A DNA stretch of 64,000 nt from Chiloscyllium plagiosum (taxonomy: Eukaryota): the NCBI RefSeq assembly GCF_004010195.1, contig NC_057727.1, forward strand, positions 33,724,803 to 33,788,802. The letters are read 5' to 3'. Below the pieces are notes generated by a model. It was given only the letters and a program-made list of their open reading frames with translations, did no database searches and was not told the origin of the DNA. Position 1 is the stretch's first letter, and each line of letters starts with the position of its first letter. This document shows, one piece after another, positions 27,440 to 37,912 of the stretch. The position numbers and the translations under genes are program-made.

Positions 27440-29060
27440 TCTCCTGATCATTGTTTTGCTTTCTGTAATGAATTCACTCCTTGCACACATTTTTACATTT
27501 CATCCTAAGTATCTTTAAATCTCCAGTTGTCTTTATTCTTCTTTTTTCTTCAGTGTCTCATAGCTTCATGACTTCTCAAATGGTCCAAGTGTGTTAGCAT
27601 GGACTTATCCTTCAGAGTTTATCTCAAACACCAATCCATATTCTCTCTCTTGTGAGTGGACATGAGTGTTACATTACATAACTCATTTTACCTGTAAAAG
27701 CCCCTAAGGTATCCAATATCGAATAAAGTATTTAGCCTTTGCATCTCCTCAGCAAGCACCTTTAAGAGGTAAATTAACAGCAAATTGTAACAGTTTTTTT
27801 TTGTATGTTTATTTGTACTTAAGCACCAGATTAAATATAAGCACTAGTGTTTGCAAAAAGGTTTCGGGTTGGTACGTAAGTAGTAAACAGAAAACCAAAA
27901 AAGGAATAGGAATGGTTAGGGAGCAAAAAGATAATTTACACAGGGAAGCAGAGAGTATCTGTCAGGGAGATCCTGTCAAAGATGTATTCAAAGAGGTAGT
28001 TGAAATGCTGGATATGCGAATAGTTGATAAAGAAAGTGTGTTAGAAATGATGACTATATTTAAATATGAGAGGTCAGCAGATCAGATCAGATCAGATGTG
28101 TCCCAGGATACTGAGGAATGTAGAGGACGAAATTACACAGGCACCTGCCATAATTTTCCAATCCTCTTTAGATTCATAGGTCATGCCAGAAATCTGAAGC
28201 ATTGCACAGAGAGTCCTACAGCACAGAAGAGGCCCTTTTGCCTATCGTAAATGCACCACCTATCTACACTAATCCCACTTTCCAGCACTTGGCCCATAGC
28301 CTTGAATGGTATGACATTTCAAGTACCCATCGACGTAATTTTTAAAAGTTGAGATTTCCTGCCTCTACTACTCTCCCATCTTTTGCCTTCTAGATTCCCA
28401 CCACCTTCTGAGTGAAAGATCTTTTCCTCAAATTCCCTCTAAATGTCCTACCTTCACTTTAAAATTATGTTCATTATTAACCCCTCAACTAAGGGCAACA
28501 GCTGCTTCCTATCCACCCTGTCCATGCCCCTCAATCTGAAACACATCAGTCGGGTCCCTCCTTGAATTTTCTCTGCTCTAAACAAAACAACTCAAGCTTA
28601 TCCAGCCTCTCTTCATAGCTAAAAAATGCTCCAAACCAGGAAACATCCTGACAATTTCCCTCTGCATTCCTTCCAATGCAATCACATCCTTTCTGTGCAG
28701 AACAAAATTGCACTCAGAACTCCGAACCAAACCAAAGTTTTGTACAGCTCCAATATATCTTCAATGCTCTTTTAATCTAAGCCACAACTGATAAAAGTGT
28801 GTTTTTCGTATGCCTTCTTAACCATCCTATTAACCTGTTCCTTCAGGGATCTATGGACAAGAACCCCACAATCCCTCTGATCTTCCTAGTGTCTTGTCAT
28901 TCATTGAATGCTCTATTGTCAATGATGTAGCCTCCACACACTCTGGGGCAGAAAATTTCATACGTTCACAATCCTTTAAAAGAAGAAACTTCTTCACATC
29001 TGTTTTGAATGTCTCCTCATTCTCTAATGATGTCCCCTAGGTCAAGATTCCCTTACTTCA

Positions 29061-30407
29061 GTTGTTGGTAGAGTGTTGGAAAAACTTATAAGAGATAGGA
29101 TTTATAATCATCGAGAAAAGAATAATTTGATTAGGGATAGTCAGCACGGTTTTGTGAAGAGTAGGTCGTGCCTCACAAACTTTATTGAGTTCTTTGAGTA
29201 GGTGACCAAACAGGTAGATGAGTGTAAACCAGTTGATGTGGTGTATGTGGATTTCAGTAAGGCGGTCGATAAGGTTCCCCACAGTAGGCTATTGTACAAA
29301 ATGCGGAGGAATGGGATTGCGGGAGATATAGCAGTTTGAATCATAATTGGATTGCTGAAAGAAGACAGAGGGTGGTGGTTGATGGGAAATGTTCATCCTG
29401 GAGACCAGTTACCAGTGGAGTACAGCACGGGTCGGTGTTGGGTCCACTGCTATTCGTCATTTTCATAAATGACCTGGATGAGGGTGTAGAAGGGTGGGTT
29501 AGTAAATTTGCAGACGACACTAAGGTCGGTGGAGTTGTGGATTGTGACGAAGGATGTTGTAGGTTACAGAGAGACATAGATAAGCTGCAGAACTGGGCTG
29601 AAAGATGGCAAATGGAGTTTAATGCGGACAAGTGTGAGGTGATTCACTTTGGTTGGAGTAACCGGAATGCAAAGTACTGGGCTAATGGTAAGATTCTTGG
29701 CAGTGAAGATGAGCAGAGAGATCTCGTTGTCCAGGTGCACAGATCCTTGAAAGTTGCCACCCAGGTTGACAGGGTTGTTAAGAAGGCATACAGTGTTTTA
29801 GCTTTTATTAATAGAGGGATTGAGTTCCAGAACCATGAGGTTATGCTACAGCTGTACAAAACTCTGGTGTGACTGCACTTTGAGTATTGTGTACAGTTCT
29901 GGTCACCGCATTATAAGAAGGATGTGGAAGCTTTGGAAAGGGTGCAGAGGAGATTTACTAGGATGTTGCCTGGTATGGAGGGAAGGTCTTACGAGGAAAT
30001 GCTGAGGGACTTGAGGCTGTTTTCGCTAGAGAGAAGAAGGTTGAGAGGTGACTTAATAGAGACATATAAGATAATCAGAGGGTTAGTTTTGGTGGACAGG
30101 GAGAGCCTTTTTCCAAGAATGGTGACAGCGAGCACAGGGGGGCATAGCTTTAAACTGAGGGGTGATAGATATAGGACAGATGTCAGAGGTAGTTTCTTTA
30201 CTCAGAGAGTAGTAAGGGTATGGAATGCTTTGCCTGCAACGGTAGTAGATTCACCAACATTAAGTACATTTAAGTCATCATTGGACAAGCATATGGACGT
30301 ACATGGAATAGTGTAGGTTAGATGGGCTTCAGATTGGTATAACAGGTCGGCGCAACATCGAGGGCCAAAAGGCCTGTACTGCGCTGTAATGTTCTATGTT
30401 CTATGTT
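29061..30407 (+). mobile_element. 5'-truncated CR1 LINE (RT domain + C-terminus), relatively young
   Basis: [29 protein letters not shown], (GTTCTAT)n tail; few disablements. Nested among older CR1 fragments (~27850-32700). Confidence 0.95.
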
Positions 30408-31807
30408 TAAAATTCTCCCGTTGGTAAAAGCATTTTCTCAAAATCTGTCAAACCCTTTCAGAATCTTGTACATTTCATTAAGAACGCCTCTCAATCTTCT
30501 AAACTGTAATGAATAAAGATCCTGTTTAGCCATTCTTGATAAGTCAATCCTTTAATTCCAGCAATCAGCCTGATAAATCTCTTTTGAACTGCTGCCAATA
30601 TATCCTTTCTTAAATCTAGAGACAAAATCTGTACACATTTCTCCAGGTATGGCATCACCAACAGTATGTACAGTTGTAACACATCTTGCCTTTTCCAAAC
30701 TTCATACTCCTAGCAGTAAAAGACAGAATTCTATTTGCCTTCTTAATTACTTGTTGTAAGTGTGTGCTAACTGTGTGTGTTTTGTGCACAAGAACACCCA
30801 AATCCCTCTATGGTGCACTTTCTTAAGAGTCTCCCTCCACTTAAGTAATAGTCTGCCCTTTATTCCTGCCAAAGTGCAACACCTCCACACTCTCCTACAT
30901 TAAAATCCATCTGCCAAGTTTTTGTCACTTACTCAACTTGTCTCCAACCCCTTGACATTCCATTCTGTGCCCTCCTCCAAGTCATTGGAGAATAGTAAAT
31001 TGGATAGTAAATAACTGAGGGGCCAGGATTGATCCTTGTAATACTCCACTAGTTACATCTTTCCAATTTGAAAAAGACCCATTATTCCTGACTTTCTCTC
31101 TTTAGTGTGTTAGCCAGTCCTCAATCTGGGCAATTATCCCAATATTGAGAGTTCCAATCTAGTGCAATAATCTTACTGAATGCCTTCTGAAAATCATTTA
31201 CCTGATTCCCCATATTGAACTCTGCTCATTATATCCTCAAAGAAACTTTGTTAATTTGTTAAACATGATTTCCCTTTCAGAAACCATGTTGACTTGGTTT
31301 GTGTCCAGATTTTCTAAATGTCCCGCTATTTCTTCCTTAATAAGAAACTCCAGCATTTTCCCAGCAACAATTGTTTGGCTAACTAGCTTATAATTTCTGC
31401 TTTCAAACTTTCTTCTTAACAGAGATGTCACATTAGAGATTAACCAATCTGCTGGAATTCTCCTGGAGTTTACAGTGGGATGTTTACAGTGTCCTTCACT
31501 GTGAAGGTCAATACACAATATTGGTTTAAATTATTTACCATTTTCCTGTTATTAATTCCCCAGTCACATTCTCCAATGACCCCATACTTGCTTTTAACCT
31601 ACTTACTTTTTGCACCGTGGTTAGGGGGAAGGGGAAATGAGAAACAAAATGATTCAATCCTATTATAAGGCATATATTAATCAGTTTCCTACTGGTTGCA
31701 ACATTTCTTCCAAATACTCGTGTTATGTAATCAAGGTTTCCTCTATTAGCGTGCTTTGAAGTGCAGATCCTGTTTGTTACTGCAGATACGTCTTCACAGT
31801 ATTCTAC

Positions 31808-32098
31808 TGGTTAGCACTGCTGCCTCACAGCGCCAGAGACCCGGGTTCAATTCCCGCCTCAGACGACTGACTGTGTGGAGTTTGCACATTCTCCCCGTGT
31901 CTGCGTGGGTTTCCTCCGGTTTCCTCCCACAGTCCAAAGATGTGCAGGTCAGGTGAATTGGCCATGTTAAATTGTCCGTAGTGTTAGGTAAGGGGTAAAT
32001 GTAGGGGTATGGGTGGTTTGCGCTTCGGCGGGTCGGTGTGGACTTGTTGGGCCGAAGGGCCTGTTTCCACACTGTAAAGTAATCTAATCTAATCTAAT
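31808..32098 (+). mobile_element. HE1-type V-SINE
   Basis: B-box GGGTTCAATTCCC, V-domain GTGTGGAGTTTGCACATTCTCCCCGTGTCTGCGTGGGTTTCC, (AATCT)n tail. Confidence 0.92.
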
Positions 32099-33779
32099 AT
32101 CTATAGAGCGCTTGCTGTTTGTTTTTGTATTTCTTGCCAATTTACTTTTATAATTAAATTTCTCCTTTTTATAGTTTTTTAGTCATCCACTCCTCATCCT
32201 AAAAAAAATTCCCAATCCTCTGGGTTTCCACCGCTTAGGTTTTGTTTGGATACACTCCTTGACTGCTTTTGTTAACCACTGGTGGTTCGTCCTTCTCATC
32301 AAGTCCTTCTTATTGATTGGAATACATTTTTGCTGAGCGTTATGAAATATCTATTTAAATATCTGCCACTACTCATCCATTGACATTCCTCTTTATCTAT
32401 GTTCCCAGTACACTTTAGAGAATGCTTTCTTCGTACTTCTGTAATTGCCCTAATTTAAGTTGAGGACACTAGTTTGAGTTCTGAGTTGCTATTCCTCAAA
32501 TTGAATTTGAAGTTCTACTATTTTGTGATTGCTAACTCCAGAGGATCCTTAACTACAAGATCTATAATCAATTCCAGCTCATCACACATTACTAGATCTA
32601 GAATAACCTGTTCCCAGGTAGGTTCTGCAATGCACTTCTCAAAGAAACAATTCCAGATACATTCTATAAATTTGACTTCCATGTTACCCTTGGCATTGAT
32701 TTGTACAGGAGAAAGTGAGGACTGCAGATGCTGGAGATCAGAGTCAAGAGTGTGGTGGTGGAAAAACACAGCAGGCTAGGAGCATCCGAGGAGCAGGAGA
32801 ATCTACGTTTCAAAGTCACGCAGCTGCTTCGAAATCTGCAACATTTGACATTACTACTGCAAACACTAGGGGGCACACCAGATTAACCCAATTTCACATG
32901 CTTTACTATTCCCTCCATCTTTTTGACTTGATTAAGTACCATCCACACCCCGCAACATACCTTCTGTTTTTTAAAGTTTCTTTGAATAGGCATATTATCA
33001 TGTCTTTGAAGGATCATCTGCCGTGCAATATTTAAAAAGAGCTATATTCAGCACCTTAATATATCTGGTTTATTCTGAAAGATGCTGCAAAGGGAAATAC
33101 AGCATTTTCAAAGTTTAAATCAATGATAAAAAGCACAAGTTTCACAGTTCAAAACAGCAAAAGGAGAGAAATAGGAGTTTCACAGTTTAAACAAACAAAC
33201 GACTGTCAGCAGTTTCACTGTTTAAACTTGCAAGAAAACCTGAAGTCCAGGAATTGACGTTGTTGTTAAAGAAATGTCATAAGAGTAACAGATAAATGAT
33301 TGGTTGGTGGGTATTTTGCTCATCTGTCTGTCAAAATTCACAAATTTTTAGTTATTGTAAGGTTTTGTTAAAAATTTCAAATAAACTGCCTTCCCGGTTG
33401 ACTTTCTTATGGTAGTGAGTTGTGACTGTGGAATGTCCGGGACACCAGCGTGACCGAGGAGAAGCATGCGTGGATTAAGTATGTGTACTCCGAGAAATTC
33501 GATTTAGCCTCCTTGAACTGCAGATTGACCTGTACACACTGAGATGCATCTGGGAGGGGGCAAGTTATTTGAACACTTTGGTCATATCCCTTAGACTACA
33601 GTCATCTGCTTTGATCAGTGGTCATTGACAGCAGGGTGTGACTGTAAGCGAGACTGGTACTCTGCTTGAGAAGGTAGAAGTGAAGCATCACCTTTGCATT
33701 TGCAATTGTAAAAGTTCAAGATGATCACAGTCTTTATAGATGGAAGTGGGAGCCGCAGAATGGATGAGTAAACTGGAGA

Positions 33780-34407
33780 CCAGCAGCCTCACAGTGCCAG
33801 AAACCAGGGTTCGATCCCAGCCTCAGGCGACTGTCTGTGTGGAGTTTGCACATTCTGCCAATGTCTGCATAGGTTTCCTCTGGGTGCTCCGGTATCCTCC
33901 CACAGTCCAATAATGTGAAAGTCAGATGAATTGGCCATGCTAAAATTGCGAGGAGAAAGTGAGGTCTGCAGATGCTGGAGATCAAAGTTGAAACTTTATT
34001 GCTGGAACAGCACAGCAGGTCAGGCAGCATCCAGGGAACAGGAGATTCGACGTTTCGGGCACAGGCCCTTCTTCAGGAATCAAGAAGAAGGGCCTGTGCC
34101 CGAAACGTCGAATCTCCTGTTCCCTGGATGCTGCCTGACCTGCTGTGCTGTTCCAGCAATAAAGTTTCAACCATGCTAAAATTGCCCATAGTGTTCGGTG
34201 CATTCGTCAGAGGAAACACAGCAGGCCAGGCAGTATCCGAGGCGCAGGACACTGTGATCATCTTGAACTTTTACAATTGCAAATGCAAAGGTGATGCTCC
34301 ACTTCTACCTTCACAAGCAGTGTACCAGTCTCGCTTACAGAGGGTCGTTGTAGACTTTTTGGGCCAAATGGCCTGTTCTCATACTGTAGCGAAACTAATC
34401 TAATCTA
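33780..34407 (+). mobile_element. HE1-type V-SINE interrupted by a PLE palindrome (33950-34170) and by a PLE fragment plus inverted flank copy (34212-34340)
   Basis: SINE sequence resumes after each insert. 15-bp direct repeat CCATGCTAAAATTGC at 33935-33949 and 34171-34185. Confidence 0.85.
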
Positions 34408-35143
34408 TGGAGAGAAAACAGAGTTGATGTTTCGGATCCTGTGGTCCTTCTTCAAATCTGACTGTAGCGAGGAAAACGTTGGTATATATGTTTGGTACAC
34501 TCTACGTTAGCTGTCTATTTCTAATTAACCTTTCAAGTCCAATAAAGAAACACTAACTCTGCCTTCTCTCCAGACCTGCTTAGTTTCTCCAGCAATTTCT
34601 GTTTGTGTCTTCATGGTAGAATGATTGGTTTCTTAAAATGTTATCTCTTTAGAATATTTTTGTCTCATCTTAAATTTTATTCGTTAGCATTAACAATTTC
34701 GGTTTTTGTTTCAGATGTCCAGCGTCTGCAGTACTTTATTTTATCCCCGTCTTCTACCTTATAGTGTATTCCGGTCGCTAAGCTAATGCAAGTTTGTTTT
34801 TTAATTAACAGGTTCTTCACTTTCTTTAAGAATTTCAGAGGAGAACGTGAGGTCTGCAGATGCTGGAGATCAAAGTTGAAACTTTATTGCTGGAACAGCA
34901 CAGCAGGTCAGGCAGCATCCAGGGAACAGGAGATTCGACGTTTCGGGCACAGGCCCTTCTTCAGGAATGAGCAGAGAGTGTTCAGCAGGAGAAGATAAAA
35001 GGTAGGGAGGAGGGACTTGGAGGAGGGGCGTTGGAAATATGATAGGTGGAAAGAGGTCAAGGTGAGGGTGATAGGTCGGAGTAGGATGGAGGCGGAGAGG
35101 TCAAGAAGAAGACTGCAGGTCAGGAAGGCGACCTCACTTTCTC

Positions 35144-35310
35144 CTGTATCCCATTGCAGACGACCTGCCCTCCCCCTGTCTGTATTCCATTGCAGACGCT
35201 CTGCCCTCCCACTGTCTGTATCCCATTACCGACGATCTGCCCTCCCCTGTCTGTATCTCATTGCAGACGATCTGACCCTCCCCCTGTCTGTATCCCATTG
35301 CAGACGCTCT
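35144..35310. repeat. ~36-bp minisatellite, ~5 copies (CTGTATCCCATTGCAGACGATCTGCCCTCCCCCTGT), inside the PLE
   Basis: Repeated unit read directly. Confidence 0.85.
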
Positions 35311-35430
35311 GTCTCCATTTGACATCTTATTGAATGACTATCCTGGTGCATGAGCAAACTGAGCTCCATCTCCTTCATCCGGTTCATTAGAATAGATTGC
35401 AATTTGTTGATGATCTCATACAGATCCCTG

Positions 35431-35925
35431 NNNNNNNNNNNNNNNNNNNNNNNNNNNNNNNNNNNNNNNNNNNNNNNNNNNNNNNNNNNNNNNNNNNNNN
35501 NNNNNNNNNNNNNNNNNNNNNNNNNNNNNNNNNNNNNNNNNNNNNNNNNNNNNNNNNNNNNNNNNNNNNNNNNNNNNNNNNNNNNNNNNNNNNNNNNNNN
35601 NNNNNNNNNNNNNNNNNNNNNNNNNNNNNNNNNNNNNNNNNNNNNNNNNNNNNNNNNNNNNNNNNNNNNNNNNNNNNNNNNNNNNNNNNNNNNNNNNNNN
35701 NNNNNNNNNNNNNNNNNNNNNNNNNNNNNNNNNNNNNNNNNNNNNNNNNNNNNNNNNNNNNNNNNNNNNNNNNNNNNNNNNNNNNNNNNNNNNNNNNNNN
35801 NNNNNNNNNNNNNNNNNNNNNNNNNNNNNNNNNNNNNNNNNNNNNNNNNNNNNNNNNNNNNNNNNNNNNNNNNNNNNNNNNNNNNNNNNNNNNNNNNNNN
35901 NNNNNNNNNNNNNNNNNNNNNNNNN
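35431..35925. other. Assembly gap (495 N)
   Basis: Run of n. Confidence 1.
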
Positions 35926-36297
35926 CAGCATTTCATCTCCCCCTCCCACTCCACCGAGGATATGCAGGTCATTGGACTCATCCACCGCCAAACCACAACA
36001 ACCCGACGGTCGGAGGAGGAGCGTCTTATCTTCCGACTGGGAACCCTCCAACCGCAGGGGATGAACTTGGACTTCACCAGTTTCTTCATCCCCCTCCCCC
36101 CCCCTTGTCTCAGCTGGATCCTTCCGGCCCGGCACCGCCTTCCTGTCCTGCAGTCTTCTTCTTGACCTCTCCGCCTCCATCCTACTCCGACCTATCACCC
36201 TCACCTTGACCTCTTTCCACCTATCACATTTCCAACTCCCCTCCTCCAAGTCCCTCCTCCCTACCTTTTATCTTCTCCTGCTGAACACTCTCTGCTC

Positions 36298-36333
36298 ATT
36301 CCTGAAGAAGGGCCTGTGCCCGAAACGTCGAAT
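36298..36333 (+). ncRNA. Minimal type-I hammerhead ribozyme motif in the PLE pLTR; antisense copies at 34045-34080 and 34933-34968
   Basis: AUUC-CUGAAGA-A-GGGC(CUGU)GCCC-GAAA-C-GUC-GAAU: CUGANGA and GAAA cores, 4-bp stem II, stem I AUUC/GAAU, GUC site, palindromic ACGU in place of stem III. Confidence 0.65.
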
Positions 36334-36409
36334 CTCCTGTTCCCTGGATGCTGCCTGACCTGCTGTGCTGTTCCAGCAATAAAGTTTCAACTTAAGAATT
36401 TCAGAGCAA

Positions 36410-36670
36410 GTTGACGGGGGAAAGCGCACGGTCAGGGTGGATGGCGCATGCGCTTTACGGAAGGTGACCGACGATTGCCGGGAGACAGAGCGGGAAATGA
36501 CGCTCCGGTGACCGGCGGTTGCCCGGGGACAGAACGGGAAGTGACACTCCGGTGACCGGCGGTTGCCGGGCGACAGAACGGGAAGTGACGTTCCGGTGGC
36601 CGGCCGTTGCCGGGTGACGAGCTCTGGCAGTCCGCTCGAGCTGCCTGTCAGTCTGTAGCTGGCCGTCGCC
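36410..36670 (+). promoter_or_regulatory. CpG-rich RPP14/HTD2 promoter/5' region: NRF1-type GCGCATGCGC (36444-36453), E2F-like GCGGGAAA, repeated GGAAGTGAC (ETS/CRE-like) motifs
   Basis: Abrupt CpG enrichment immediately upstream of the RPP14 ATG. Motifs read directly from the sequence; the TSS is not determinable. Confidence 0.75.
36463..36618 (+). repeat. 44-bp tandem repeat, ~3.5 copies (GGTGACCGGCGGTTGCCGGGNGACAGAACGGGAAGTGACGNTCC)
   Basis: Unit starts at 36463, 36507, 36551 and 36595. Confidence 0.92.
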
Positions 36671-36762
36671 ATGAACAGTCCGGGGGAGGAGCGGGAAGCT
36701 GCGGCCTACGAGCGGCACGTTTCCAGAAACAGCTGCCTTTACCACTACCTGAAGGTCGGCCT
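36671..36762 (+). CDS. RPP14: RPP14 (RNase P subunit p14) coding exon 1 (MNSPGEEREAAAYERHVSRNSCLYHYLKVG/L)
   Basis: gtcGCCATG Kozak context, gtgagt donor, phase 2. Aligns to recalled human AATYERVVYKNPSEYHYMKVCL. Confidence 0.92.
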
Positions 36763-36861
36763 GTGAGTGAGAAATATCTCCCGATTCCTCGGCACCACGC
36801 CGATCTTTGAGTTCCTCCTGTTCGACTGCACTCACTCCGGTTTCGTTTCTTTTTAAAACAG

Positions 36862-36952
36862 AGAGTTTGGGGAAACGAGGCCTGCGTTCAAGGTGAGCGC
36901 TGCTCACTTTAAACAGTTGATCGTTTCGGCGCTGAAGGATTTGCACGGAGAG
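36862..36952 (+). CDS. RPP14: RPP14 coding exon 2 (EFGETRPAFKVSAAHFKQLIVSALKDLHGE)
   Basis: Follows a 99-nt intron; tttctttttaaaacag acceptor, gtatga donor, 91 nt. AAxFKQL..SA.KDL.GE motif. Confidence 0.93.
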
Positions 36953-37352
36953 GTATGAATGCAATAATTCGGTATTCCACTCCCTGGTACTATCATTGAT
37001 GGCTCAATCGGCCTCGCAAGGGAATACAGACTGAATGTAACGTCCAGATAGTGATACGCTGCAGAAAAGGGATTCAGTTAAAAATCACACAACGCCAGGT
37101 TACAGTCCAACAGGTTTATTTGGAAACACTAGCTTTCGGAGCGCTGCTCCTTCTTCAGATAGTTGTGGAGCAGGACTATAAGAAAGAATTTATAGCAAAA
37201 TATTATAGTGCCATGCAACTGATATGACATTGAATAAACCTAGTAGGGTAAAAACAATGACTGCAGATGCTGGAAACCAGATCCTGGATCAGTGGTGCTG
37301 GAAGAGCACAGCAATTCAGGCAGCATCCGAGGACAGGCAAAATCGACGTTTC

Positions 37353-37912
37353 GGGAGGAGCGGGAAGCTGCGGCCTACGAGCGGCACGTTTCCAGAAACA
37401 GCTGCCTTTACCACTACCTGAAGGTCGGCCTGTGAGTGAGAAATATCTCCCGATTCCTCGGCACCACGCCGATCTTTGAGTTCCTCCTGTTCGACTGCAC
37501 TCACTCCGGTTTCGTTTCTTTTTAAAACAGAGAGTTTGGGGAAACGAGGCCTGCGTTCAAGGTGAGCGCTGCTCACTTTAAACAGTTGATCGTTTCGGCG
37601 CTGAAGGATTTGCACGGAGAGGTATGAATGCAATAATTCGGTAGTCCACTCCCTGGTACTATCATTTATGGCTCAATCGGCCTCGCAAGGGAATACAGAC
37701 TGAATGTAACGTCCAGATAGTGATGCGCTGTAGAAAAGGGATTCAGTTAAAAATCTCACAACGCCAGGTTACAGTCCAACAGGTTTATTTGGAAACACTA
37801 GCTTTCGGAGTGCTGCTCCTTCTTCAGATAGTTGTGGAGCAGGACTATAAGAAAGAATTTATAGCAAAAGATTATAGTGCCATGCAACTGATATGACATT
37901 GAATAAACCTAG
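37353..37912 (+). pseudogene. Tandem duplicate of 36684-37243: ATG-less RPP14 exon 1, intron 1, complete exon 2 copy (37531-37621) and the start of intron 2
   Basis: Constant offset of 669 bp. Exon 1/intron 1/exon 2 part appears identical; about 7 substitutions by eye in the intron-2 part. Confidence 0.9.

Larger units (their letters stand above)
34841..36391. mobile_element. Young Penelope-like element with inverted pLTRs, spanning an assembly gap
   Basis: 15-bp flanking direct repeat TTAAGAATTTCAGAG (34826-34840 and 36392-36406). ~260-bp inverted arms. GIY-YIG C-terminus HFISPSHSTEDMQVIGL...EERLIFRLGTLQPQGMN on +. Confidence 0.88.

Noticed and set aside
35144-35310. 36-bp periodic repeat (and the 44-bp repeat at 36463) as a CRISPR array
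   Set aside because: Units are contiguous with no unique spacers, there are no cas genes, and the context is vertebrate. These are minisatellites.
35226-36249. Long ORFs of 270-287 aa in the ORF track
   Set aside because: Artefacts of translating through the 495-N gap; the real parts are PLE sequence.
36268-36964. Antisense ORFs (134 and 169 aa) over the RPP14 promoter
   Set aside because: Explained by GC-rich tandem repeat and PLE sequence; no recognisable domain.
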